Below are positions 25,418 to 38,778 of a stretch of DNA of 64,000 nt, piece by piece; position 1 is the stretch's first letter; every line of letters begins with the position of its first letter. The DNA is from Octopus vulgaris (taxonomy: Eukaryota). The notes below the pieces were generated by a model. The model was not told the DNA's origin. It saw only the letters and a program-made list of their open reading frames with translations, and made no database searches. Position numbers and translations under genes: made by a program. The stretch covers positions 176,576,001 through 176,640,000 of the forward strand of contig OX597814.1 in assembly GCA_951406725.2 (NCBI GenBank). Direction: 5' to 3'.

Positions 25418-27615
25418 TACTGAGCTGCAACGCCCAAACTGGCGCAAATTTTATGCCTCTGGAGATGTGGACACTATACTCCAGAACATTCTGAATTCAA
25501 TATGGGCAGCATGTGCAGCATCAGTACCACGCAAGCACAAAAAACCACCCAATAGTGCAATTTGGGAGACTGCAGCAGTCCGACTTGCCAGGAAAGAACG
25601 CCGTAATGCTGAACAGGAATACAAATTGCACAAATCAGAGAGCAACAGGAAAAAGCGCAATAGGTCAGCCAACCACCTCAAGCAGGTGACAAAAAAGGCA
25701 GTGCTTGAATTTGAACAACGCATTGCAGCTAACCCTGACAGCAAAGTGTTCTGGAAGTATGTGCACTCAAAGCAGAGACCCCACTCTCCAGTTGGTCCCC
25801 TTCGCAATCCCCACACAGGACAGATTACTGGCAATCCCGAAGAAAGTGCAGAAATCATTGCTGGATGCTATGCCAGCATCTTTACTGTCGAAGACCAAAA
25901 TGTTCCATCTTCATCACCACTGACATCGGACTCTATATCTACTATGCAATTTACACCAGCAATGCTGCAATGCCACCTTAAGAATAAACGCAATTATGCC
26001 TCTCCTGGTCTCGATGGTGTTACATACCTACTTCTCAAACGCGGTGGGTACTTTCTTCTAAGCCAACTTTCTCTATTCTTCCAATTCTGTCTTGACAATG
26101 GTGTTACTCCAGAACTGGAAAACTGCCAGTGTCATCCCTCTGTTAAAAGGCGACCGCACATCGCCTGTCAACTATCGCCCCGTCAGTCTTACTAGCTGCA
26201 TCGCCAAACTGATGGAATCCTGTATCAGAGAAATCCTCTGGAACTTCTGGAAGTCTCACAGCCTCATCCAGCCATCACAATTCAGATTTATTCCTAACTC
26301 CAGCTGCTGTAATCAACTCATCGAGTTTCTTGAGGACGTTACCCAAATCACTGATCGCGGATCCTGGGTGGATGTTGTTTACCTGGACTTTGCTAAGGCT
26401 TTTAACTCTGTGCCACACAAAAGATTTATGGTGAAGCTTTCTGCGTTGGGTGTAAGAGACAAACTCTATAACTGGTTGAAGTCCTTTATTTTCAGCCGAA
26501 AAGAGGTTGTCACAGTTCTAGGAGAGCACTCTTTGCCCTATGAGATGACATCTGGTGTACCACAGGGATCTGTTCTTGGCACCCTTTTATTTGTTGCATA
26601 TGTTAATGACATAGATGCCAACTTAAAGAATGCCACAGTGCTGAAATATGCAGATGACATCAAGCCGTACCTCGAAATAAAGAGGTCAAATCCTGTACAC
26701 TATAGATCTCTATTGCAAGCAGACCTGGGCACAATGCAGCAGTGGATCATGGACTGGCAACTCAAGCTAGCTTTGGACAAATGTACCACCATGCATTTTG
26801 AGAGGAGAAACCCAGCGTCCACCTACTCCCTCCACAACACTAGTCTCAAAAAGTCTTCATGTGAACGTGACCTGGGTGTTATTGTCGACAGTGATTTGCG
26901 TTGGACAAAACACATCGCTAAAATTGTCAAGAAGGCTGAGGGTGTCTTGGCATCACTCACCAAATCCTTTGTGAGCCGCTCTCTGGCTATCTATCTGCGG
27001 CTTTATATAGCTATGGTAAGACCTCACCTGGAATTTGCATCACCGGTCTGGAACCCCTATCTTGCCCAGGATATTAATCGTCTGGAAGCTGTTCAGCGAC
27101 GTGCAACCAAAAGAATACCCTCCATCAGGCATTTGCCATATCCTGAACACCTTACTTTCCCGGGCATGGACACATTGAAACTCAGACGTCTGGCAGCTGA
27201 CTTGGCAGTCACCCATAAAATTATCAACCATCGTACAAACAATAACTCTGAGCACCTTTTCAAACTCCACCCGTCTAACACCCATGGACATATTTACAAA
27301 GTCAGAAAACAGCACAGCTCCCATGACTTCAGGAAACATTTTTTCACGCTGAGAGTTGCTGAAGCATGGAACAAACTGCCGGCATCAGTTGTTAGTTGTC
27401 GGAGCACTGCATCCTTCAAAACTTCCATGCTTTCTGAGATTCGCGAACTCTACACTTGATTTTCTCCCCTCCATACACACACAGGCATGTATCTGACTCA
27501 TACATTGTTCTCTTTCCAGACATTTCTACATTACTGCATGTACTTTATATGCACTTCCTGACAAGCTGTGGTGCACCTGAGCACTGTATACAATAATTTC
27601 ATTATTATTATTATA
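25418..27615 (+). mobile_element. CR1-like LINE copy, 5'-truncated, frameshifted near 26110
   Basis: ORFs 25410..26195 and 26092..27459 nearly identical to the 48-50 kb copy; (ATT)n tail. Confidence 0.95.
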
Positions 27616-30240
27616 AGGGAATTTGAACTCACAATCTAGACAGTTCAGTTAATTTAATAATAATGAGATTATTGCATGCAGTGTTTAGGTGCACTGCAAC
27701 TTGTGAGAAAAGGGTAAAAGACGGAATGAAAAACATTAATAAGTCAAGTAATGAAAGACAATAATAGTCAAAAGTACAAGAAGACAGAAAGGCAGACAGT
27801 AAAAGAGCCATAAAGTGGAAATGGTACGTAGGCATGTCAGGGATAGTGTTTGTGAATATTGGAAAGCATACAATTTTGAAGGATGTAGTGTCCTGGCAGC
27901 TAGTAACCGCCACCGCCAACATCATCATCATCCTCCTTCTCCTCCTCCTCGTCATTTAATGTCCATTTTCCATGCTGGCTTGGGTTGGACGGTTTGACTG
28001 GGGTCTGGGAAGCCAGGAGGCTGCACCAGGTCCCAATCTTCACTAATCATTCTTAAAAGGAGATAGTGAGCATTTGTTAGCCATTTAATTTATTCCATGC
28101 TTTGACAATTCTGAGTGTGCTTTTAATTCATGCACTCTGGTGCTCACTGCATTCTTTTACAAAGGTATTTAGTGGCGAGCTGGCAGAAACGTCAGCGCGC
28201 TGGGCGAAATGCTTAGCGATATTTCGTCTGTCGTTACGTTCTGAGTTCAAATTCCGCCGAGGTTGACTTTGCCTTTCATCCTTTCTGAGTCGATAAATTA
28301 AGTACCAGTTTCGCACTGGGGTCGATGTAATCGACTTAATACCTATGTCTGTCCTTGTTTGTCCCCTCTGTGTTTAGCCCCTTGTGGGTAATAAAGAAAT
28401 AGGTATTTAGCAGTTTTGAACAGAAGGCAATAGACACATGCCTCCATTTTAAAAGAAATATAGTAAGTCTTCACTACCCATTCTTAAAAGGAGATAGTGA
28501 GCATTTGTTGGCCATTTAAAACAAAATGGAGCAAATCTTTGTCAGCCATTTTAAAGTCTTCTTCATCGCCATTGTGGTCATTATTACTGTTATTGTTGTT
28601 GCCATCGCTAATGCCATCTTCATTATCATCACTATATCAGATCATTTCTAGTTCCCCAAAACTCCAGTTTTTATTTCCAACAATTTTAAAAAGTTCAGTA
28701 ATCCTTAGCTAATCATTTAAAAAGATAGTAAACTTTATACAACAAATCCTTTTTCAAGGAAGAAGCACACTTCCTTAGTTATTCTTTACAAAAATGCAGC
28801 AAGCCTATGCTATATAGAATGTTTTAAAATTGAATGTATTTTATCAATGTAAGAAATGCTTATTATATAGGCATGGAAAGTTGGTGAGCTGGCAGAATTA
28901 TTACTGCACTTTCCAGTTTTTTACATTCTGGTCAATAAAAAAAAGTAGCAATCAAAGACCAGGGTTAGGAAAAGTTTCACGTTGATCCAGTTCACTCAGC
29001 TGGTAAACATGAGTAATCCTGCAAAGGCCTAGCATCCCATCCAGGGAGGAGTAAATATGCCAGAGAAACTGGCCCTATGATCCTTAAGGAGTAAATTGGA
29101 TTAACCACTACAGCAATGCAAGTGTAATTGTTTCTTCTTTCCTTGTTCTCCTTCAAAGACAGGATGGTCATGGTTAGAATACCTTTGATCAAAGGTCTGC
29201 TTGATCAACAAAAAACACTGATTTTTAAAATTTTGGTATGAGACCAAATTTTTTCTTTTTCTCTTTTTTTTTTGTGGGGTACAAATAACATCATCATCAT
29301 CATCATTTAACGTCCGATTTCCATGCTAGCATGGGTTGGACGATTTGACTGAGGTCTGGCGAACCAGACTCCAATCTGATCTGGCAGAGTTTCTACAGCT
29401 GGATGCCCTTCCTAACGCCAACTACTCCGAGAGTGTAGCGGGTGCTTTTACGTGCCACCGGCACAAGGGCCAGTTTGGTGGTACTGGCAATGGCCACACC
29501 CAAATGGTGCTTTTTACGTGCCACCTGCGCAGGAGCCAGTCAAGCGGCACTGGCGACGACCTTGCTCGAATGTTTCACGTGCCACCAGCACAAGTGCTAG
29601 TAAGGCGACGCAGTAACGATCATGCTTGAATGATGTGCTTAACATGCCATTAGCATGAAGGCCAGCTTGTTGCTCTGGCAACGATCTTACTCGTATGGTA
29701 CTCTTAGCGCTTCACTAGCAACAGATGCCAGTCACCGAGTTTGATTTCGACTAGTACTTGACAATAACTATATTTTAAAGACATTGAATAGGATGAAAAA
29801 CAAAGATGATTTAAACATGGAAAATAAAAGAGGAATGGATAACAGGTTTTATGGTGGTTGGGGTTGCAGAAGTTTATGGCCTCCATAGTACTCACACAAA
29901 CATATACTTGGACATGTGCACACATACACACTAGTACATGAATACATAAATGTACACCCAAACCCACACACAGAGGAAGAAACATAGAGAGAAAATGAGA
30001 GAAAGAGAAGGAGGAGAGAGTGAGAAGGAGAGAGAGAATGGGGAGAGAGTGAGAGGGAGAGAGAGAGAGAGAGAGAGATAAGGAAAACAAAAATAGCTAC
30101 AACTATGTGTTTACCAGAAAAGAAAAACTATAAAGAATTTTGTATTGTGTGTGTGTGTGTGTGCAAGAGAGAGAGAGAGAGAGAGTGGGGGGGACAGAAA
30201 GAGGGTTAGAGAAAGAGAATGTGTGTTAAGGAAATCTTGC

Positions 30241-30321
30241 CGTTTCTCCGCATTTTTTTTTGCTAACATCTGTTTTCCTTTCAGAACTTGTGGACCAGAA
30301 CTTTTTCCTAAAGAGTCTTCA
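30241..30321 (-). CDS. QRICH2-like: Exon G; EDSLGKSSGPQVLKGKQMLAKKNAEK(R), GC donor
   Basis: Strong acceptor ttttgtttttattttcag, 81 nt open in phase 2-2, ends ACG|GCAAGA. Confidence 0.7.
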
Positions 30322-30586
30322 CTGAAAATAAAAACAAAATTGCTGCATGAAAATTATAAACTCATAATTAATTCTCAGTTATACTTAATGAAAGTGGTGT
30401 CAATTTCAATCAGCTGATCTGATTAAAGTTACCTCCCTTGATTGTTATTTTTAAGATTATAACGCTTTTGATATCAATCTGCCCCAGCTTGCCACTGGTT
30501 TTGTTATATAAACTGTTTTAAAGGATCTAAATTTAAAATTTTCCATCCAAATTTTATGTTAAATTATATTCCAAACATCAACTTAA

Positions 30587-30806
30587 CCCTTTCATTACTG
30601 TATTTATTTTGAGATGCTCTGCGTTTTTTCAATTATTTTAAATATAACAAAGAATTTAGTAAAATAACTTAGTTATCATTAAGCTAGTGTTAGGAACATA
30701 AATTGTGTCTAAGGTCTGGTGAAAGATTTTAATTCAAAACTTATGAAAATGAGACATTTGTACTATAGAGCCAGAGCCTGTTTCAGCCGGGTTGGTATCA
30801 AAAGGG
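30587..30806. mobile_element. piggyBac-type MITE
   Basis: TTAA|CCCTTT...AAAGGG|TTAA. Confidence 0.85.
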
Positions 30807-31740
30807 TTAATAAGGACAAAGTTATTTTACTAAATTCCTCATTATTTTCAAAACTGATTGAAACAAAGGCAGCATATTTTGACAGAAATGTGGTAACAGA
30901 AACATTAAACACCATTAGAGGAAGTTTTGTTTGTTGATTATTCCAACATTCTCAAATGATCAAAGTTTTTTAACCCACTATATAATATGAGATAAATAAA
31001 ATAAATGCACCCTTTTAAAGCCTAGCCAGGCTCATGGGCCTGGTTTCCCAGCTTCAATGGCGTATGTGTTCCCCAGCTGGATGGGACGCCAGTCCATTGC
31101 AGTGTTTCTCATTTTTGCCATCTGAGTGGACCGGAGCAACGTGAAATGAAGTGTTTTGCTCAAGAACACAACGTGTTGCCCGGTCTAGGAATCGAAACCA
31201 CAATCTTACGATCATGATGCTGACACTCTAACCACTAAGCCATGCGCCTCAACATACAATATGAGACCTTACCATATTTTCAAACAAGGTGGCAAGTTCT
31301 TATAAGCCATTTTCAAAGAGAGTGATAGCAAGTTTTATAGAAGTTGTTTTTAAAGAAGGCAAGTTTGGAAGGGGACCCAGTGTTAAACAGAAATTTTTAT
31401 ACTAGCTTTTTCCCCAACCCCAAAGCATTGTAAAATTGAATGCCTTTTGACATTGCAAAAAATGGACATTATTATATGTGCATGGGAAGGTGGTGAGGTG
31501 GTAGGAACATTAGCATGTCAGACAAAATGCTTGGTAGCATTTTGTTTGTCTTTACGCTCTGATTTCAAATTCTGCTGATGTTGACTTTGTCTAGTGGTGG
31601 TGGGGGGGGGGGGGGCGATAAAATAAGTACCAGTCGAACACTTGGGTCAATGTCACTGGCTAGCCATCGTCCCTAAACTTCAGGCCTGGTGTCTATAACA
31701 GAAAGGTGCAGGCATGGCTGTGTGGTTAAGAAGTTCACTT

Positions 31741-32829
31741 TAATAATAATAATAATAATAATGATAATGAAATTATTGTATACAGTGCTCAGGTGCACCA
31801 CAACTTGTCAGAAAGTGCATATAAAGTACATGCAGTAATGTAGAAATGTCTGGAAAGAGAACAATGTATGAGTCAGATACATGCTTGTGTGTGTATGGAG
31901 GGGAGAAAATCAAGTGTAGTGTTGGCGAATCTCAGGAAGCATGGAAGTTTTGAAGGATGCAGTGCTCCGACAACTAACAACCGATGCCGGCAGTTTGTTC
32001 CATGCTTCAGCAACTCTCAGCGTGAAAAAATGTTTCCTGAAGTCATGGGAGCTGTGCTGTTTTCTGACTTTGTAAATATGTCCACGGGTGTTAGATGGGT
32101 GGAGTTTGAAGAGGTGCTCAGAGTTATTGTTTGTGCGATGGTTGATAATTTTATGGGTGTCTGCCAAGTCAGCTGCCAGACGTCAGAGTTTCAATGTGTC
32201 CATGCCCAGGGAAGTAAGGCGTTCAGGATATGGCAAATGCCTGATGGAGGGTATTCTTTTGGTTGCACGTCGCTGAACAGCTTCCAGACGATTGATGTCC
32301 TGGGCAAGATAGGGGTTCCAGACCGGTGATGCAAATTCCAGGTGAGGTCTTACCATAGCTATATAAAGCCGCAGATAGATAGCCGGAGAGCAGCTCACAA
32401 AGGATTTGGTGAGTGATGCCAAGACACCCTCAGCCTTCTTGACAATTTTAGCAATGTGTTTTGTCCAACGCAAATCACTGTCGACAATAACACCCAGGTC
32501 ACGTTCACATGAAGACTTTTTGAGACTAGTGTTGTGGAGGGAGTAGGTGGACGCTGGGTTTCTCCTCCCAAAATGCATGGTGGTACATTTGTCCACAGCC
32601 AGCTTGAGTTGCCAGTCCATGATCCACTGCTGCATTGTGTCCAGGTCTGCTTGCAATAGAGATCTATAGTGTACAGGATTTGACCTCTTTATTTCGAGGT
32701 ACAGCTTGATGTCATCTGCATATTTCAGCACTGTGACATTCTTTAAGTTGGCATCTATGTCATTAACATATGCAACAAATAAAAGGGTGCCAAGAACAGA
32801 CCCCTGTGGTACACCAGATGTCATCTCAT
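31741..32829 (-). mobile_element. CR1-like LINE 3' portion inserted into a tRNA-SINE head
   Basis: RT YADD region plus same 3' UTR; SINE head 31708-31740 resumes at 32830. Confidence 0.92.
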
Positions 32830-33375
32830 GGTCTTTGTAACCACATGGTCTTGGGTTCAGTTCTACTGCATGGTACACTGAGTTGTTGTCTTCTACTATT
32901 GTCCTGGCATGACCAAATGCCCTGTCAGTGATTTTGGTAGACAACAACTATAAAGCCAAAGGCGTTGAGCTGGCAGAGTCGTTACCGCACTGGGTGAAAT
33001 GCTTTGCGGCATTTCGTCTGTCTTTATGTTCTGAGTTCAAATTCCGCTGAGGTCGACTTTGCTTTTCATCCTTTTGGGGTCGATAAATTAAGTACCAGTT
33101 ACGCACTGGGGTCGATGTAATCGACTTAATCCCTTTGTCTGTCCTTGTTTGTCCCTTCTATGTTTAGCCCCTTATGGGTAATAAAGAAATAAGCAACTAT
33201 AAAGCCAAAGCTTCTTCCCAAGCCATTGGCTCATAAGGCCAGTTTCTCAGATTCTGTGGCATATATATTCCCCTACAGGATGGGATGTGAGTCTGTCACA
33301 GGATTACTCATTTTTGCCACCAGAGTGAGCAACATGAAATGAAGTGTTCTGTTCAAGAGCACAATACACCACTTG

Positions 33376-33580
33376 TTGTTGTTGTTAAGCAACAAGACGG
33401 GTTAGGGTGATTAGGTGATGATTTAGGGCTTAGGGGCGGGAGACCCCAGACCTTGGAAAAAAAAAAAACTTTGGTCGTCTTGTTGTAGTCGAGGGCTCTT
33501 TTTTGATGTCTGACACCACTGGGAGGTGGCCCTCAAAGTCGCTGGAAATGAAGATCTCCAGGTCCAAATTCTTGAACGGC
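33376..33580 (-). mobile_element. ~200-bp non-tRNA SINE-like retroposon, copy 4, inserted in another SINE
   Basis: 14-bp TSD caatacaccacttg, (AAC)n tail. Confidence 0.9.
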
Positions 33581-35309
33581 CAATACACCACTTGGTTGCC
33601 TGGTAGAGAATTAAAATCACAATTCTGTAATCATGAGTGCTACACCCTAACCTCGAGGCTATGTGCCTCCACACATGTATGGATGTGTGCATCTTTGTGT
33701 TTGCAGTACGTTTGTTCTTCACCACTACTCGATAGCCGGTGTTGGTTTATTTATGCCCATGTAATTTAGAAGTTCAGCAAGTGACACCAACAGACACTGA
33801 AGACACCAGACTTTAAAAAAAAGTCCTATGATCCATTTGCTAGACTAAACCTTTTGAGACAGTATCCCAGCATGGCCACAGTCCAACAACTAAAACAAGT
33901 AAAGGATAAAAGATGGGCTGAGGAATTGATTATATATTGAGGACGATGGTCAAGACAATAGAACAGTGTTCTACTAGCTTGGACAGATACTGTTTTTACT
34001 CATGTAGCTCATCCCTAATTTCCTTAGTCTCTAGTAGGTACCTGTGGAGGCACATGGCCTAGTGGTTAGAGCAGCAGACTCGCGGACGAGCGATTGCGGG
34101 TTCGAATCTCAGACTGGGCGATGAGTGTGTTTATGAGCGAAGCACCTAAGCTCCACGCAGCTCCAGCAGAAGGTAATGGCGAATTTCTGCTGACTCTTTC
34201 ACCACAACTTTCTCTCACTCTTTCCTCCTGCATCTTGCAGCTCACCTGCGACGGACCGACGTCCCACCCAGGTGGGGAACCTATACGCCTAGGAAACCGG
34301 AAAACCGGCCCTTATTAGCCAGGCATGGCTCGAGAAAGAACAAAAAAAAATAGTAGGTACCTCTTAATGCTTTTGAGCAGTGGTTCTTGGCTGGGGTCTA
34401 TACAGTATTTTAGGGACCATGAAAAATTTTTACCTTAGATGCATTAATCATAAGAAACAACCAGGATTCTTTCCCTAATATTACATATTGTTCAAACTAC
34501 ACAAGTGAATGTATGAAAAAATCAAAACAGGAATTTTCTAAGAAGTATTCATGAAACTAGTTTTTAAACATCAAATGGCTGTGGGGGTTCACCGGAATAG
34601 AATAGTAATTAAAGAGTTCACAGGTAAAAAAATCGGGTGAGAGCCACTGCTTTAGAATAATTAAAAATTGATGTGATGTATGTACTTTGTGATGGTGTTT
34701 CAAACATTTTATAGTACAATTAAAATACTTACAATTGAAGTTTTTTCACTACTGGTTTATTGCATGATAAACACGTTTCAGGATTCAATCTTCTACAAAA
34801 TAAAACAAAAATTTATAGGTACAGGCATGGTTGAGTGGTAAGAAGCTTGCTTTCTAACCACATGGATCCAAGTTCAGTCCCACTGAGTGGCACCTTGGGC
34901 AAGTGTCTTCTACTATAGCCTCGGGCCGACCAAAGCCTTGTGAGTGGATTTGGTAGACAGAAACTGAAAGAAACCCCACTGTACTCTTTTACCACAACTT
35001 TCTCTCACTCTTTCTTCCTAATTCTGCCACAAAGCAGAGGAGCCATGGTGTAACCCACTATGGTGTGGTAAACTTTCAGACCCTAGTCTGGATTGCGAAT
35101 CCGCTGTACCCCTGGATGGTTCAGCTCTCCACTCGTTAAAAGCCACCGTTTATGGAATGAGGATAAAAACGTAGCCTTCACACCCGTGCAACCCCGCCAG
35201 TCTATTGCATGTGGTAGGTGGATCTTCAAGTTGTTGCATGCATTCTTAGTAGCTTAGAGTAGGCTCGAATTAGATATTATTCTTTGTAGCTAATGGTACG
35301 AGTCCTGAT

Positions 35310-35442
35310 TAGAAGAAGAAGAAGAAGAAGAAGAAGAAGAAGAAGAAGAAGAAGAAGAAGAAGAAGAAGAAGAAGAAGAAGAAGAAGAAGAAGAAGAAGA
35401 AGAAGAAGAAGAAGAAGAAGAAGAAGAAGAAGAAGAAGAAGA
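35310..35442. repeat. (GAA)n microsatellite, possibly the tail of a retroposed fragment from ~35025
   Basis: Pure GAA run preceded by a CpG-richer ~280-bp segment. Confidence 0.9.
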
Positions 35443-35807
35443 CGACGATGACGACAACGACATTTGCACGCAGACAAATGTACTAGCAACAGATAAAGTG
35501 GTCTTTTTAAAGAAGCCCACTTTTGCTTCTGTCGTTACATAAACAGAATTTTAGATTTCAAGAAGTCATCATCATCATAAAAAAAAAAAAGCAAAAATTA
35601 TCATAAAGAATTGTGTAAAACCAGCCATCTTCTCTTTGCCCCAGAATAGAAATGAAGGTGGTAGTTTTCAATTATCATTGAAATAACAGAAGTGCTAAAA
35701 GAAATGTTACGAAAAAATCTGTCATTTGAGAAAGGTAAATTTTATGGTACAGTTTGCTGTAATTTCAAGACAGAAGACAAATAAAACACTGGTTGAAGTA
35801 GACATAC

Positions 35808-35966
35808 TTTTTCCCATACACTTGTGCCTCAGTATATGGAGTATCTACGACAATAATACTCTTGTGTATTTCTCCGTCACAACAATATGAATGAGAAAGG
35901 AAGGGGTGATAGACGAATAAGGAAGGAAGGAGTGATGGTAAACTTGGTAGTGTGATGATGGAAGTT
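35808..35966 (-). CDS. QRICH2-like: Exon F (probable); TSIITLPSLPSLL...DTPYTEAQVYGK
   Basis: Acceptor ttttgttttcaccgtag, donor GTATGT, 159 nt, open in phase 2-2. Confidence 0.6.
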
Positions 35967-37079
35967 CTACGGTGAAAACAAAAATCAAACAGCGTTTCAA
36001 CTCTGCATGAGTATATGTGTGTGTATGTAAAAGGGAGTCATGTGAATGTATGTGTGTGTGTGTGTGTGTGCAATAGAAGTGGGATGGTGAACATTCAACG
36101 TTAAAAAGAAAAATCAAACAGCGTTTCAACTCTGTTTGAATATGTGTATGTATTTGTGTGTGTGTGTACAAGAGAAGTAAGGGAATTTTTGTATCTGATT
36201 ATATTTTGTAATATATAAAATACTACAATTAACTGTCATTTTTGATGGCACGGGGCCAGCTAGTAGAAATATAAGGATGATGCTCAGAGACAATGAAAAT
36301 AATGTGGACCAGTGACTGGTTTGCAGAATGGATGGGTAGTTAATGCAGGAGTGACAAAAGGTGAAATATGGTCAAGAGAAGTCAAGATGGATTTGCAGGT
36401 CATAATGACTCCAAAGTCACAAAGAGTTTTGCTCAGCTGAATGAGACTGATGGTGCAAGGCTAAAGGCCTCATTGTTACATGTATCATTGTTTAAGATCC
36501 GTTTTCCGTGCTAGCATGGGTTGGACGGTTTGACTGGTGTCTGGGAAGCCAGGAGGCTGCAGCAGGCTCCAGTCTGATCTGGCAGTGTTTCTACAGCTGG
36601 ATGCCACTCCGTGAGTGTAATGGTATGATAGTAAAAAAACTATTTAATTGTTTTTTGTCATAAAGAAGATGAAATGCAAGGAAAGAAAAAGAGGAAGGAA
36701 AGCAGAGAAAAGCAGTAGGTCTCAGCTTCCAGATAACCATTAGTCACATCTCTGGAAATAGTAAATGATGTTAGCTCATGCCTGGTCCTAAGAAGCAAAT
36801 GAGCATGCACACTATCTTTTGATGGTAGCAACTAGAAGCACAACTCCATCATTATATGATGAGAGGGAGGAGCTGGAAGCTGGAGAAGACGAGTAATAGA
36901 GTAAGTGTGAAGAGAAAATCCCAAGCCAAAAAGGGGATAAAAAATAGGGTTCCTTCAAATAAAATACAAGAAAAGAAATTGGGCCACTGATATCAACCAT
37001 TAGGTGCAAAGTAAGCTTCTTAACCACATAGTCATGAAATGTAAAAATTTGCTTCAAAATATGTTGGCCATTTCCTTAC

Positions 37080-37252
37080 CTCTTTACTACTATGGTTTCA
37101 TCCATTTCATATTCCCAGGATTTTTTACTGCTTTTTAAGTGGGTTTTCAGAGATTTTTCCAACCATATTTGAAACCATTCCAATTCCCAACGGTCAGATT
37201 TTGAACTTAACAGTTGGTTGAAATACTGCAGTTGGTTAGTAAAATATTTTTT
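37080..37252 (-). CDS. QRICH2-like: Exon E; KKYFTNQLQYF...KSDRWELEWFQIWLEKSLK...YEMDETIVVK
   Basis: Acceptor gtttttattgcag, donor AG|GTAAGG, 173 nt, phase 0-2; KSDRWELE..LE resembles the KLDRLEL..LE segment of QRICH2/DUF4795 (recalled, not searched). Confidence 0.85.
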
Positions 37253-37700
37253 CTGCAATAAAAACAACAGCAACAATAAAAATAACATAACGAATCGCTT
37301 ATCTATGGCATTCTCATAACATGGTATAGCATTAACATAACAAACTGCAATTGACTGTATGAGATTATTACAGAACACTACACCTGATATGATTCAATAG
37401 CAAACAAAATGCTGAAATTTTGTTTTAACATCTAAATACATATTTCCTTACTGCCCACAAGGGGCTAAACACTGAGAGGACAAACAAGGACAGACAAACG
37501 GATTAAGTCGATTACATCGACCCCAGTGCGTAACTGGTACTTAATTTATCAACCTCGAAAGGATGAAAGGCAAAGTCGACCTCGGCGGAATTTGAACTCA
37601 GAATGTAACGGCAGACAAAATACGGCTACGCATTTTGCCCGGCATGCTTACGTTTCTGCCAGCTCGCCACCTTTTAACATCTAAATACAGTCAACTTTAC

Positions 37701-37781
37701 CTGTTCTTCAAGACGTTTCTCGAGTTCCTTGGTTGCCTCATTTACTTCATTTGTAGAAATGTCTTTTACCCTAGATGGTTC
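37701..37781 (-). CDS. QRICH2-like: Exon D; EPSRVKDISTNEVNEATKELEKRLEEQ
   Basis: Acceptor gttttatatcacag, donor CAG|GTAAAG, 81 nt, phase 0-0. Confidence 0.82.
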
Positions 37782-38103
37782 CTGTGATATAAAACAGCAG
37801 TAACAATAATGATACAAGACTATAATGACTGATATTCAGTCAATTCAGAGTGTTAAGTTAGAAATAAAGAATACGAAAAACACACAAAACAGTTCAACAC
37901 ATGCCAGCATGGAAAACGGACTTTAAATTATGATGATGATGATGATGATGATGAAAAACAGAGCATTTTAATTTCAACTTTCTACGTTTTGTGTTCAAAT
38001 CTTATTGAAGCCAACAGTTTTTTTTTACTTAAGGTGAATCAAAGAAGGTCAAAATTTAAAGGATTGAAGCAGGAATATTCAGTAATCAGTTCATTATATC
38101 TGA

Positions 38104-38411
38104 CTAGCAGTATCGCCCGGCGTTGCTCGGGTTTGTAAGGGAAATAACTATATAAGTATTTTTAGAGAGTTACTTCCCTTATATAAATCAAGCAAAAAAT
38201 GCACTAAAAATGCGAAAAAATGATGGTAAATTTTTTTATCATTGTAGACTCATCGTAGACGTGCGCTAATACCCAGAAGGGCTCAATATGAATCACAACT
38301 ATAAGATGGCCGCTTTTGCTTAAACTGCATTGCAAAATGTGGGAGTAGTTAGGAATCTAAATCGGAGTAGACAGACTCTCACACGCACAACTTCAGTTTT
38401 ATATATAAAGA
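38104..38411 (-). mobile_element. Non-autonomous Helitron
   Basis: 5' TC, 3' hairpin cccgagcaacgccggg + CTAG, inserted between A and T. Confidence 0.85.
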
Positions 38412-38778
38412 TATTGGGATGCACTAGAATATTACCCATGTGACTGAAAAAATCTGACCATTTGAAATTTCAGATGGAACTGACTCCAGCAACAATTTAA
38501 TCTCTTAGTATACTTCTTTCTGAGCCTAACCATCAGTATAAATTCAGAACACCTTAGCTATTTAGACAGAAAGCATTGAGAGCAGCAGAGACTGACAAAC
38601 AGACGTAGACAACTGCTGACCCAAGTTGACAGTGGCTAAACAATGAATGGATGGCAACAGCAAGAGCAGTACCACCTAGCCACATTCTGATTGCTGCTAC
38701 AATCGCACCAAGAACAATAATATTCAAACTCTCTTGGTGTTTTGTCATTCATAGTAATGACAGTAAAAAGAATAAATA

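Noticed and set aside
22976-30321. Neuropeptide precursor suggested by GKR/KR at exon ends (YWGKR)
   Set aside because: No signal peptide or repeated peptides seen; context matches an intracellular DUF4795-like protein
33400-33440. Telomere-like ttaggg words
   Set aside because: Few, degenerate and part of the 200-bp retroposon's hairpin, not a telomeric array
35277-35520. Poly-Ser/poly-Leu ORFs
   Set aside because: Arise from the (GAA)n run; the phase-compatible frame from the nearby acceptor hits a stop
36845-36953. Additional phase-2 exon after a strong pyrimidine tract
   Set aside because: AAG acceptor and weak GTTGTG donor, no recognisable motif; cannot be supported without transcripts
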